Shown here in pieces: positions 12,126 through 24,446 of a DNA stretch of 64,000 nt. The stretch's first letter is position 1, and each line of letters begins with the position of its first letter. Made by a program: the position numbers and the translations under genes. The notes under the pieces were generated by a model that worked only from the letters and a program-made list of their open reading frames with translations, did no database searches and was not told the DNA's origin. Source of the DNA: Epithemia pelagica (Eukaryota; Protista; Bacillariophyta); assembly GCA_946965045.2 (NCBI GenBank), contig OX337233.1, positions 3,782,001 through 3,846,000 of the forward strand. The letters run 5' to 3'.

Positions 12126-12595
12126 GTTTCTGCTCTTGTGGTTTGAAACAAGAGCTCAATCTCTCTCTCGTTTCGTGATGCACCTAACTGCGGCCTCTCC
12201 CAGTCGCGCACCTCGTTCGTGGTGTACTATCCGGAAGCGCGACCGTGATGGACCAATGAGGTCGATATCCAAGATGCTATGCCAAAACTAACATGCCATT
12301 GTGTGTAGGAGTAGTCATCAGGCAGGCAATTTCCCTGCCTCGTACTGGTCGGGGAACGCAACAAACTGCTCGTTTGGCCACGACTGGGTCGAAGTATTTC
12401 TTTGTCTGGATTGGTGTTCCCACTTGGCATGGACTCACTTTTCTCTTTCTCCTTAGGTTGATCCGATGACATTATTCATTGTCGACCTCGCTATGTTTCG
12501 GGTCAGATGGTGGCTTGGTATACTATGATGAAGGAAGCCTGACTTCTTTTGGGGGTCGTAGGGTACGGATTACGGATACAAGGAAGGAACCATGG

Positions 12596-13438
12596 TTAAC
12601 GAGGCGGTCGTTTCCGACGCGGTTGTTGTTTTTTGTGGGGAGCATTTGCCGTACCGGATCTCGTCGCAATGGTAGTATTTTGATTCGTGTGCATGTCTGT
12701 AGAGTCTCTGCCGGCTGTCAACCAAGCAGTCGTAGTACTGCTACTACGCAAGACTGGTGCCAATCCTCCATGCAAATCCAAAAAGGTATTCCACAATTGA
12801 GCCGCATCTGTGTTGCCCGCAAGCCATTGCAAAAAGAGAGGATTGCCCTTGCATTCTTCCACCAATTCCCCCGATAAGCCCAATTGCGTTTCACAGGCTC
12901 GGCAAAACTCCTCTTCCACAGACGACGACGACGACGACGACGAACCATCAGTTCGGTCCTTGCTAGTCCACCACGAATCATTTTCCAGTTCCGTCACGTG
13001 TTGTTGCAAGAGTTCATAGGCCTCCACCAATTCCACAAACTTTTGATTGGTCGTCTTGTTGTCATTGGGCGTGGTGTTCTTGTTAGTGTTGTTACTATTT
13101 GGATTGGCATGTCGTTGTGCATCGGGATGGCATGTTTTGGCGGCTTGGTAATAGGCATAGCGCAACTCTTTGAACGAAGTGGGAGGCTGTGTCAAGCCCA
13201 ACAACCGGTGAGCCGCTGCCATGCTACTGTTGCTGTTGCTGGACGTTCTCCCGGTGGCAATGCCTCGTGAAATGGCCATGGTGGTGGGGGTAGTAGGACC
13301 GTGTTGGAACCAGCAGCACCCGCCACTCCCGTGGTTGGTGGATACCAAGACCATGGGAGGAATGAGAGGAATGACAAGGCTGTGAAGCTTGCATCCAACA
13401 TGACATGCCATGACACTGGATCGTCTCAGGAGAGACAT
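12596..13438 (-). CDS. DnaJ (J-domain) protein
   Basis: LLGL..PTSFKELRYAYYQAAKTCHPD...KFVELVEAYELL: helix II, intact HPD, helix III. Start codon uncertain. Confidence 0.85.
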   Translation of the reverse strand: MSLLRRSSVMACHVGCKLHSLVIPLIPPMVLVSTNHGSGGCCWFQHGPTTPTTMAISRGIATGRTSSNSNSSMAAAHRLLGLTQPPTSFKELRYAYYQAAKTCHPDAQRHANPNSNNTNKNTTPNDNKTTNQKFVELVEAYELLQQHVTELENDSWWTSKDRTDGSSSSSSSSVEEEFCRACETQLGLSGELVEECKGNPLFLQWLAGNTDAAQLWNTFLDLHGGLAPVLRSSSTTTAWLTAGRDSTDMHTNQNTTIATRSGTANAPHKKQQPRRKRPPR

Positions 13439-14763
13439 TGTCTAAGTGTCGTCTCTTTTGAGCGTAATCTATTGGAATGGATGCCGATCGTACGGAACAG
13501 ACTGTTGTAGTTCTCTAGTGAAGTTCAAAATCAGCAATGCTCTCGAAACAAACAACAGAACCAACAATCGGTTGAATCAAGGCAGTCCACTTCTTATCGC
13601 GTCATGGTCGATCTACCTATGTTATTTGAGTGGCTGTCAGATGATCGACCATGGTGTCTCGGTGTGTGACTCACACACTGCGACCGTCAGATCCCCAATA
13701 TATGTATCCTTAGCGGATGTATCAAAATCAAAGGTAAAATGTCTCAACAGTTTGAAAATATGACGCTAGGACGTAGATACTACCCCTCATTTTTCTGCAT
13801 CGAAAATCGACAACCGCCATAACCATAACCCATGCTGTCACTTCTCGCTTGTTGGTTCTGTGTATGTTCTGTGCAACACACAAAGTTTGGGCACAGGACG
13901 AACCATAAGAACGACGATACTCTCCCCAAACAATCCATCAGGATCTGCAGTCCCAGGCCTGTTTCTGTGTGACGGGTCGTTGTTGTTGTTGTGGAGGAGT
14001 GCTACTCCGGGCAACACTGGTCGTCGTCGTCGTCCTTGTCGTTTTTTCCTGGTGGTTGGTCCACGGTCCCATTGATTGTTCTTCAACAACCATACCACAT
14101 GGTATTTCTTCTCCTGTTCGGTTTGGTCCGTCGTAGATGTTTGAAGTCGAGTCGGTACCAATGATCTATTTCAGTGACTCTTGGTGGGATCAATGTCGCA
14201 TCAAAGGGATTCCCAAACTCAAACAGAGTACAGTCGGCACGCTGGGACCTGAAGTCTTGGCCGACCGTTCATCCCTACCATTGTCGGGAACACAAGCTTT
14301 CGAGCGAGGAGTACCTACCTACCTAGGAGTACTACTCCCACTCCTCTAGGAATACTAGGAGTACAATATACGGCTTCAACTTTCCAAAGGGGTAGCTCCC
14401 AATGTGCGACTGAAACGCAACGCCGGGTGCACTCCGACTTGCCGTTGGTTAGACGGTTTGAATGAATCTGTGTACTGTAAATACCGAAGAGCTACCTACT
14501 CGTAACCGGTCAAGACCAAACTAACGTAGATTACATAGATTAATAGCAACGCCATATAACGTCCTTACGAGCCGTTGATTTGGTACTTATGCTCCGTTGC
14601 AAGCAGGCCTGCCCACTACTCCGATTCAAATACTTACAATAAAATTCAAACACGCGTTCCACAATCATTCCACACATTGACAACCTCCACTCTGTTCTCA
14701 CAATTTCCGGTTTCATCCCAACTCCAAACCATCACAACACAAAACAACACAACACCAAACACC

Positions 14764-15663
14764 ATGAAGTACTCGATTGCCTCCGTCGCCTTCATGCTTG
14801 CTCTAAGCAGCTGCAGCAGCAGTGTATTGGCCGATTCGACGACTGACTTGAACGTACGTGATCTCAAGGCGCATCCCCAATTTCCTACTCCTGCACCGGC
14901 CAAGGGCAAAGGAAAAGGCAAGGGAGAGGAACCTCCCGCCAAGGGCAAAGGCAAGGGATACACCGAACCACCTACCAAGGGCAAGGGCTACGAGATGGAG
15001 CCATCTGCCAAGGGCAAGGGATACGATGATAGCAGCAGCCGAGGAAAGAAGGAATCTGGCAAGATGATGATGAAGGGCAAGGGATACGAGATGGAAGAAC
15101 CTCCTGCCAAGGGTAAGGGCAAGGGATACGAGCCAGAACCACCAGCAAAGGGTAAAGGAAAGGGATACGAAACTGAAGCCCCTGCCAAGGGCAAAGGAAA
15201 AGGCAAGGGATACGAAACTGAAGCTCCTGCCAAGGGCAAAGGAAAGGGCAAGGGATATGAAACCGAGGCACCTGCTAAAGGAAAGGGCAAGGGATACACC
15301 GAACCTCCTACCAAGAGCAAGGGTAAAGGATATGAAACCGAGCCTCCAGCCAAGGGCAAAGGAAAAGGATACACTGAGCCACCCACCAAAGGCAAAGGAA
15401 AGGGCTACGAACCTCCTGCCAAGGGCAAAGGAAAAGGATACACTGAGCCTCCCACCAAGGGTAAGGGCAAGGGCTATGAACCTGAGCCTCCTTCGAAGGG
15501 TAAGGGCAAGGGCTATGAACCTGAACCACCTACCAAGGGTAAGGGCAAGGGATACGATGATAGCGACTACAGCGACAAGAAGTCGGGCAAGAAGGAGAAG
15601 GGTGACAAAGACGATAGCGGAAAGAAGGACAGCGGAAAGAAGGACGACGACTATTACCGATAA
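14764..15663 (+). CDS. Secreted Lys/Gly/Pro/Tyr-rich repeat protein (299 aa), silaffin/cingulin- or adhesive-like
   Basis: Signal peptide MKYSIASVAFMLALSSCSSSVLA, RDL motif, 16 units of the type (E/T)EPP(A/T)KGKGKGY, acidic/KSGK C-terminus ending DDDYYR; synonymous variation between repeats supports coding. Confidence 0.85.
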   Translation: MKYSIASVAFMLALSSCSSSVLADSTTDLNVRDLKAHPQFPTPAPAKGKGKGKGEEPPAKGKGKGYTEPPTKGKGYEMEPSAKGKGYDDSSSRGKKESGKMMMKGKGYEMEEPPAKGKGKGYEPEPPAKGKGKGYETEAPAKGKGKGKGYETEAPAKGKGKGKGYETEAPAKGKGKGYTEPPTKSKGKGYETEPPAKGKGKGYTEPPTKGKGKGYEPPAKGKGKGYTEPPTKGKGKGYEPEPPSKGKGKGYEPEPPTKGKGKGYDDSDYSDKKSGKKEKGDKDDSGKKDSGKKDDDYYR

Positions 15664-16765
15664 ACTCTTGGTCTGTCCGTGACGGAGGGCTGACGTGACT
15701 GTGGATGGGTGGATACCAGCTGTATGAAACCTGAGGATCGGTTGCTGGCGTGCGTTCTGGAAGAGTGTTGGAACGATTGATTGCGACAAGTCGACGTTGT
15801 TGTAGGACCAAGTTTTGTTCCACAACGTTGCAGTTGTTATTATGAATTCGTGGACCCATGTGTGCTACGGCACTGTGATCTGCTTTTTGCCCACTGGATG
15901 GCTCATGGCACTGAAGTATAGTCTTGTAATCTAGTAGATCAATTTTCTTGAAAGCGGTTACTCTTACTCCTAGCATTTTTTGGCTGATTAGTTTCCCGTC
16001 GCTTGGATATGGAAGTCGTCGAGTGTTTTCTATGTAACTCCTATATTATTTCTCACTGACTACCTGCCTAGGGTATCGCTCAGAATTTTATCACATTCTG
16101 CAGCCCAGACAGAAAGATGCAGACGCAGAAACAACGCCAATTCCAGTGTTTGTGCAACTCCTCCCGCCTCGACAACCCCAGATGAAAGCTGCTGGGGATG
16201 AGATCTACCGCAACAGCTCCATGCTCTGTAGCTGAAGGCTTCTCGAGAGATAAGAGTCGGTACAAACATCTGTTTGCTGATGCTTCAACTTTTGCTGTCG
16301 CCAGCGGCCAATGGGCAGCCATTTTTGTCGCCTTCGAATCACGACGAGAACAGAAGCTACCACCCGGCGCAGCAGTCCCATGGAAAAGGAATCTTTCCAA
16401 TCCTTTGTTGAATCTTTCTAAGTACGGGGAATTTGGAGCTTGACTTGCGCGTTTGTCGGAATGCGTTTAGTCTTGATCCTATGGATCTCGCCGTACTTAA
16501 CTCTGTATTGGCTTGCGATCGAGAGGTGGCAATAATTCATTCTTTGCGTAGTAGAGTATCGTCCCGTGAGAGAGACACGTGCTACTATCGATCCAAGTGT
16601 AGAAGAATCTTTGCCACTCACAGAATTTGGCCAGGATCCTCACAAAAAGAGGTGTCGGCGTCCCAAAAACGAGACAAGGGAGGAGCAGATGGATACAACA
16701 CAACTCCATCGGCGCTCATAGATTGCCGATTCAATTCATACAAGTGTTTGCTGAGTGAGACAACC

Positions 16766-16894
16766 ATGAAGGTTTCATCATTGACGGCAAGTTCTTTGCT
16801 GGCTTTCTTGGGAACGGAACAGGCTTGGGGATCCTTTTTGCCCCTGCAGGATGCTGATCGTCAATTGACCACCACGACAACGTGTCAGGATTTG
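16766..16894 (+). pseudogene. Orphan signal-peptide exon (43 codons) with RQL motif; no downstream exon found
   Basis: MKVSSLTASSLLAFLGTEQAWGSFLPLQDADRQLTTTTTCQDL followed by donor gtatgc at 16895; the dispersed repeat follows at 17046. Confidence 0.4.
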
Positions 16895-17045
16895 GTATGC
16901 CAGTACGCTAGATCCATGGACGATCGGCATGGGTCACCCACGACACACAATCTCGGGACTGGAATAGTGCAAGATAGTGCCGGAAACTAGTCCCCTACCT
17001 GCTTCTACTCCTAGAGGAGGAAGGCGGGACACCACGGTGGACGCC

Positions 17046-17202
17046 AAGAAGGAATGTGTGATTCTGGTTGGTTACCATGTGGTGCAAAGTCTTCCCAGCT
17101 ACCAGAAAAGGGCCCAAGATGACAACTACCACGAAAGACTAGATTTCCAATGAAACGATCAGACTAGTATCCTATCAATTATGACATATAGCAGTAGATG
17201 CG
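17046..17202. repeat. Dispersed ~160-bp repeat, copy 2 (copy 1 at 787-946)
   Basis: Colinear blocks shared with 787-946, same orientation. Confidence 0.8.
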
Positions 17203-17274
17203 TCCTAGATCCATGAACTCAACTCCTTGGAACCAACACAAAGCCTCTCATGCATTTTGGATATACAAGCACGT

Positions 17275-19723
17275 CTACTTGGTCGTGAGGGAGATTTTAA
17301 AGTTGCCGGTACTAGGTTTCGCATTTCGGATAAACTGGCCATCGACAAAGCTTCCCGTTGGGGACGGTGTTACCATTTCGACGGCGTTTCCGTGCACCAA
17401 AACCTTGTAGGTTTCACCGGTGCACGTGTTGACTTCCACTTTGGATGTGAAGCCACAATCCGGAGAGCTGATGGCACTATTTTCCGAAGCCACACAAATG
17501 GCTAGCGTGTCGCACTGGTGGGGGGCACAATGGACACTGAGTTTGGTGTCAAAATCGGCCATGCCACAGACTGATATTTCGACAGGCGTACCAGTCCCCG
17601 TAAACTCGTACCAAACGCCTCCCGTGTCCACGGCAACCTCGCCTTCGGGACAGGGAGAATTGGGAGCCACTTGGTCTTCGTCCGATTCGGCCAACATGGT
17701 TCCCACCGTCGTCCCGAGACGTGTGACACCGTTACTTAGTTTGAAAGGACTAGTAGCACCAAGAGTGCTATCACACTCCTCATTGAGAGGCGCCGGAACA
17801 GTACTCTCAGCCTGAACAGCCAGGTTAAATGTGATCTCGGTGGCCCCTTTTTCACCCTGGACAAAAATATAGTAAAAGACATCCTCCTTCAGGGCTTCAA
17901 ACTGGACATGGGATGGATTGTTGCCGTTTCGAGGGATTGCCCAAAACAAGAGTCCGGAATCTGAATGGCGTCGGATGTGGCCCCCACGGTGGTTTGTACG
18001 GTTATGATTCCGGGTCCCGTAAAAACAAATGGTGACGACGCAGGAGCAGACTCGACTTGACTGCACTGATCGTTGCCAAGACCAGATGGCGGCGAAGTGG
18101 TCGGGCTTTGGGTAACTTCAAGTTTAAAAGCTCCGACCGTAACTGGATCCACGGCACCGAGGTTACCATGAACCAGGATGCGATAGGTCTTTCCAGCTTC
18201 TGTAGGGACCTCCAATTGCGATTTTGTCCCTCCGCAAGTACCATCACTAGTATCATTGTCGTTCGAACCGACACATGTCATTGTTTCTGATGATGGTGAT
18301 CCCTGCCCCCGGTAGCTGAGAGCATCGTCTTGGTACACTGAAATGATTGTGTCAAATTCGGTCTCCGCGTTACACGTGGACAAACCGAGTTGAACGTTGA
18401 ATCCAGGAGCCGTAAAGGTGTACCACACTCCGCGGGAAACGGTTGTGGGACATACTGGCGCCACCTCGTCGAATGTACTAATTTCGGTTGTGGCACCAAT
18501 AATAGTACCATCAAAGGAAAGAGGCGATACCCCTTGAGGGATTACGGTTGCCCCTGTGCACAGATCGTTGGCAGGGGCTCCCGGATTTACCGCCAGAGTA
18601 AATGCTCCAAAATGGCCAGGGTTTGCATTTTGGTCAAACCCGTGAACCAAGATGCGATAGTTCGCTCCAAGCGTGGTAAGAAGTTCTAGGCGGGTATCGA
18701 AAAATTGGCAAGAACCGAACCCAATATTCGAGCTGTCGACACAATCCAGCTGCGAACAGACGCCACAGTTGGTACAGTCACGTTTATAGACACTAATTTG
18801 ATTGTCGAAACTGGTGGCTCCTCCATCGGCCGAACAGGTGGACAACCGAATTGTTTACCTGTGCCGATGAATTCGTACCACACTCCCTTCATTTCCGTAT
18901 CCGAGTTTCTACAGGCATCATTGTCGACAGCCGGTAAAATGCCGTCATCCGGCGACGCGTTGGTTGTGTCTGCCATTTTCTTGTCACCCACGTTCACTTG
19001 GGATGCCGTTTCGCAGTAATCATTCATGGGAACATTGTCAATCACGGCAAGTTCAAAAGCTTGGCCAGTGACTCCCTCTGTATCGTCATCATGATCCACC
19101 AACACAAAGTACTGCGTGCCATCCTCCGAATCAATTTCCACTCGAGACGAGGTCCCACCGCATCCCTCTCCACCAATTTTATTGGCAGCGACACAGTTGA
19201 GGTCATTGCAGTCATTGTCATAGACCAAAATTTGGGTATTGTAAAAGGCTGCGGTACTTGCACCATCCACGGCACACGTGGAAAATCGCATCGGCTTGCC
19301 CGTCCCGTCCACCTTGTACCACACGCCCACGTTGGCGGACGAAAAAATGTTGTTGCACTTCAAGGCGTCCCGCTCAGTCGCATCTGTAATGCCAGTGGAA
19401 TCCAGCAACGTGCCAGGCTTGGTAATGGTAACGGGAAACGTGTCTCCAATGTCGTCGGCATCGTCGCATGCGTCATTGTCCGGAGCTTCCAAGTGTCGCT
19501 GCCGTTTTTGGGCGGTCTCGGTGCCTTGGGGGGTACTGGAGTTTTTGGCCTTGTTCGTTGTCGTCATTGTCGTCGTTGTCGTTGTCGTCGTCGTAGACCT
19601 GGTGGTAGCACGGCTCGATTCCCAAGGGCTACTATTTGCCACAGCAGCAGCAGCAGCAGCCGGAGTGTCCACTTGTTCGGGAGGAGTGGCACGAAGATTG
19701 GACAATGCCGTCGTTGTCATTGT
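17275..19723 (-). pseudogene. PPC-like beta-sandwich repeat gene A (5 domains), broken; no leader exon of its own
   Basis: Repeats of P-x-ND-x-C...GVWY...STC...FDT-x-ISVY...C...ND...Y-x-ILVHG. 1-bp deletion at ~18848 (QF[R]LSTCSADGG) and an internal deletion with frameshift at ~17930. Begins at acceptor tttctag|ACA ATG (19723). Confidence 0.8.
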
Positions 19724-20132
19724 CTAGAAACACGGGTGTGGTTTGTCAAACTGCAATCTATACTGCACTGGAGTATGTCGTGTGGGACTAGGGCTAGCAC
19801 GGATTGTGGACTTTTGCAACAACTCAAAGTAATTATGATCTATTCATGACACATGTAAACTATGTAGCTACGTAGAAAAAAGACACTATGCCAACCAGCT
19901 ACAGGCTCGGTTTTGGAACACGCAATTTCCCCAAACTCTCTCGTATTGACAACGGGGTCTCTCATCATCTTTGGACCAAGACAGACGACCTTGAAACAAT
20001 GAGAAATGACCTGTAACACGGATAATTTCTCACCAAATCACATTCCTGGACATTTATGAAGAAGGATCTTGCTCTTGAGGTGCTTGAATCAAATATTCCA
20101 CATGGTTTGGCATGCATATTTCCCAGTGTTCC

Positions 20133-23100
20133 TCAGAAGCACGGCGAACCCCCGAAATTGTGGATCCATTTGTTCATAATGGCCGGTGAGCATCCATTTC
20201 GCGTAATTCTAGGATCGTATCCACACGCCGCTCGAATCTGTTCACAGGAACAACCTCTTGTTTGCTGCACTGTAAATGACTGCGAAGACTGTGGACTAGC
20301 ATAGTAGTAGCTCGACGAGAAAGAGGAGGATAGAAAAATGTCATTCGAGAGCTTCCTTTGCTTTGTATCCTTCTGTCTGGATTTTGAATCCTTGCTGCTG
20401 TCTCTTGATTTTTTCTTTTGTTTGGAGCTGTCCTTTTCCTCTTTGGAACTATCCTCGTCTTTTGATTTTTGTTTCGTCCTTTTGTAGCGCCTATATCCCT
20501 GAAACGAATACGGTGCGCCCACGCTAAAGTTTTCTCGGTCGTTCTCATCCAAAAGGGCCGCGTGGTTGGGAAGGAGAGTGCCTTGAATGGATGCTTCCGG
20601 GACTACCGTACCGAGACAGTCATCGTCCGAGTCGGGGACACCGTCTTGGTCCTCGTCTACAGTCGTTGAGAGATCCGTTGGTTGAAAAGTTGGTGATACA
20701 GTCGGAGGAGACGTTTCAAGAGTAGGTGATACAGTCGTTGAGACATCCGTTGGTTGAAAAGTTGGTGATACAGCCGGTGGAGACGTTTCAAGAGTAGGTG
20801 ATACAGTCGTTGGGACTTCTGTTGGTTGAAAAGTTGGTGATACAGCCGGTGGAGACGTTTCAAGCGTAGGTGATACAGTCGTTGAGACATCCGTTGGTTG
20901 AAAGGTTGGTGATACAGCCGGAGGAGACGTTTCAAGAGTAGGTGATACAGTCGTTGAGACATCCGTTGGTTGAAAAGTTGGTGATACAGCCGGTGGAGAC
21001 GTTTCAAGAGTAGGTGATACAGTCGTTGAGACATCCGTTGGTTGAAAGGTTGGTGATACAGCCGGTGGAGACGTTTCAAGAGTAGGTGATACAGTCGTTG
21101 AGACATCCGTTGGTTGAAAAGTTGGTGATACAGCCGGTGGAGACGTTTCAAGAGTAGGTGATACATTCGTTGAGACATCCGTTGGTTGAAAAGTTGGTGA
21201 TACAGCCGGTGGAGACGTTTCAAGAGTAGGTGATACAGTCGTTGGGACTTCCGTTGGTTGAAAAGTTGGTGATACAGTCGGTTGACCTGGAGCAATTTGA
21301 AGTTCTCGAAGCTCCTTTTGAAGTTCTCGAAGCTCCAGCTGGAACTCGCCACTGGCTCCATGAACCAAAATATAGTAATTGACTCCTTCCTCCGTAGTAA
21401 AATCGACTCTGGACTGAACTCCACAAGTGTCGTCGTCGGCAATCTCACAAGTAAGAAAGTCGACACTACAAAAGCCTGTAAAAACACTGATTCTCGTGTC
21501 AATACCATTCGCGTTTGCATTGCACGTTGACACTATAAATTCATTTCCGGTACCGATCAATCTGTACCACACCCCGACCTCGTTCGACGTCGGGACATTG
21601 TCACATATCTCGGCGACAAGGCTAGTGTCTGAAGTGGAATCAACGGTCGTTCCATCTATCCTTTCGCCCCCCGAAACGTCAGTTGCATTCACACACAAAT
21701 CATTTAATGGCGGAGAACCACCACTGGGCGGACTTCCGACCACGGCAAGCGTAAAATCCCCTTTCTCCCCGTTGAATCCATGGACCAATACAAAGTAATA
21801 AACATCAGCCGTTGTAGAAAACGTGACACTGGAGGTTTCCGCATCAGGGACACTACCGCAACTTTCGTCATCGTCATTGTGAGCTTCACAGCTAAGGCTG
21901 TCACAGTCGCCTCTGTATACTGTCAAAAGTGTGTCAAAGTCCGCAAGACCACCATCATCAGGGCAAAAAGACAAACGGTATGTTTCTCCGTTTCCTTTCA
22001 GCTTGTACCAAACGCCAATTTCGGGCTCTGTATCGTCACATACAGGAACGGTGCCGCCTTGGTCCGAGGTAGCTCCAAGCGTAGTTCCTTCGATTGTATT
22101 AATGCTGGAAATATCAATGGCATTTCCACACAAATCGTTGGATGGGATTTCAACTTGAGGGCTTGGGACAACGGCGAGAGTGAAGTCCCCTTGTGTCTCG
22201 TTGAATCCATGGACCAACACAAAGTAATCAACACCTGCCGTTACATCAACGTCAACTCGAGAGGCAGTATCGCATGCATCGTCATTGTTCGCCTCGCAGG
22301 TGAGACTTTCACAATCACCACTGTATATTGTCAAAAGAGTGTCAAAATCCGCAAGGCCACCATCATCAGAGCACAAAGAAAAACGGTATGTGCTATCCTC
22401 CGTGGCCGTCACCATGTACCAAACTCCATTCTCTGGTATTGTGCCGTCACAGCTTGGGACGAGATTGTTTCTGTCGCTAACAGATTCCAGGGTTGATCCA
22501 CTGACACCACCACCACCAAGAACCACTTCTTGTGCATTGACACAAAAGTCATTTGGCTGGGTAAACACTGGATTTTCGACAACAGCAAGATTGAAATTGC
22601 CTTGAGCTGAGTCGAATCCGTGGACCAGTATATAGTACTCTTCACCGTCAATGGTTTGAAAGGCAACCAGGGATTGTTCATCACAAAAGTCGTCATTGTC
22701 GACCACACACTCAAAACCTGAGTCACAACTGCCAGTGTAGACATCGAGCAACGTATCAAACTCGGCCGAACCACTGTCACGGTCACACAGGGACAGTGCA
22801 AACACATTTCCAGTCCCCATGAGACGGTACCAAACTCCAATCTCTGGGTCGTTACCACATGTCGATGGAGCGACACTGCTGTCTTGCGTGGCACCCAATG
22901 TGGTACCCGGAATAACATCACCATCTGTGACCAATGGAGCCGTGTCGCTCCCACACACATCATTGACCGGTGGATCTGCCGTTAGATCAATGACAACCAG
23001 CGTGAAATTACCAAATGCGTCATCGAGGCCATGTACCAGAATAAAATAGTCTTGATCGACTTCAGTCGTGGTCAAGTCCACCGTTGAAGCGCCATTTTCA

Positions 23101-24446
23101 CACTGCCCATCGCCGTCATCATTGGCCGTGACACAAGCAAGTTCGGAACAGGACCCCGTAAAGACACTAATTTGGGTGTCATAATCGGCCGCCCCTCCAT
23201 TTCCGTCACAAGTGGAAAATCGAACCGGATTGCCAGTGCCCTTGAGGCGGTACCAGACTCCAAATCCGGCCTTGACAAAGTCGCAGGGATCCTCTGGGGT
23301 ACCGACCTTGGTAGCAATCGATGTGTCTCCCTCCACCAGATCCCCTTCATTGTTCAATTCAATGGCGCCGTCACACTCATCATTGTCTGGGGGCGGGGAA
23401 AAACCAATTGAGAGCGACCGGTCTTCCTGAGGTTTGTCCAGCTGTCGTGGCTGGAAGGTGTTGGTGTTGGTGTTGGTGACACCCTCTGGAGTCGTCGTCT
23501 TTGTGGTGTCGATGGTTGTAACCGTCGTGTCCTCCTTCCAATCGTCCGATACGACAATCTGACAACATTATTATATACACGCAACATTATTATATACACG
23601 CAGAGCCAAACAAAGAGATGAGTCAAGACCATTTCAGTATGAAACAAAAGAAGGAGGAGCATGACAAGATAACTGGCGGTTCGTGCCATTCGAAACTACC
23701 CTTGATATCCTGCAACTTACGGTTTGCTTGGACTCTTGTTGTAGGTGCTTGGCTTTCTCGTTGGCTTTTCTTTGCAGTTTCCGTTGGCGTTTCTCCAATT
23801 TTCGTAACAAGGCTTGTTGCTTTTGGAGTTCGTTCTTGTGAGTGTTGATTTTGGCCGTCTCTTTCACAGATTGGAGTGCAGCAGCCTTTTGTGCCTGTAG
23901 TGTGGTGGCCACCTCGAGCTGGGCTTCTTGGTTCGTGGTTTGGTTCGACCACACTTCTACAAGAGACGCGTTTTCCTGCGAAACGTCCTTTTCGACAGAC
24001 ACCTTGGTTTCCTTCATTTCCTGTGGATTGTTTTGGCCTTGAGGGAGGATGTGGTTGTTGGTCTCTGTTCCCCCTTGTGAATGTTGTTGCGTTGGAGCCT
24101 TCTTGAATTTTGTATCGTTCCGAACCGTTTCGTGGAGTGCTACAGGAACCTTCTGTGGTTGTTGTTGTACTTTCTCGGCAGTAGTAGTAGTTGCTGCTGG
24201 TGGTGTCTCACCCTGCACCACTCCTCGTTTCTCGCCTTGTTGCGGCAGTGGTTGCGGTCGAATCGGCCCTGGTTGGTGCACTGTCCCTGCCGGTTGTGGT
24301 GGTTGTTTTGGTTGTGGTTGGACATGGTGTTGGTGTTTCGTTTGGTCCCCGTGATGCGGCAACACTGTAGTAGTACCAGGAGCCGCCCGTGTGGTTGTTG
24401 TTGTGGTAAGCAACCAGCAGAGTACAACGAGGAGGTACCACCACAT
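20133..24446 (-). CDS. Secreted PPC-like repeat gene B, intact (~1383 aa): signal peptide, Q/P-rich region, 5 beta-sandwich domains, mucin-like stalk, TSP3-like/Cys C-terminal domain
   Basis: Exon 1 24446-23721 (MWWYLLVVLCWLL...), phase-0 intron 23720-23559 (gtaagt...cag), exon 2 23558-20133 open (1142 codons). An upstream in-frame start is possible. Confidence 0.85.
20660..21280 (-). repeat. 72-bp coding minisatellite (VSPTFQPTDVSTTVSPTLETSPPA), 8 full units plus one partial
   Basis: gttggttgaaa recurs at 20677, 20749, 20821, 20893, 20965, 21037, 21109, 21181 and 21253 (period 72). Confidence 0.95.

Noticed and set aside
14803-15825. Long antisense or alternate-frame ORFs (also 18998-19849, 20657-21520, 33298-34254, 40098-41099, 47297-47980)
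   Set aside because: They are shadows of real genes or repeats on the other strand or frame, with no independent motifs.
16080-16400. ERFLFHGT resembling the PARP catalytic H-G-T motif
   Set aside because: No downstream PARP motifs (G-x-Y-F-A, catalytic Glu region); likely chance.
20660-21280. Regular arrays (72-bp here, 75-bp at 46746) as possible CRISPR
   Set aside because: No unique spacers, one array is coding, the context is eukaryotic and there are no cas genes.
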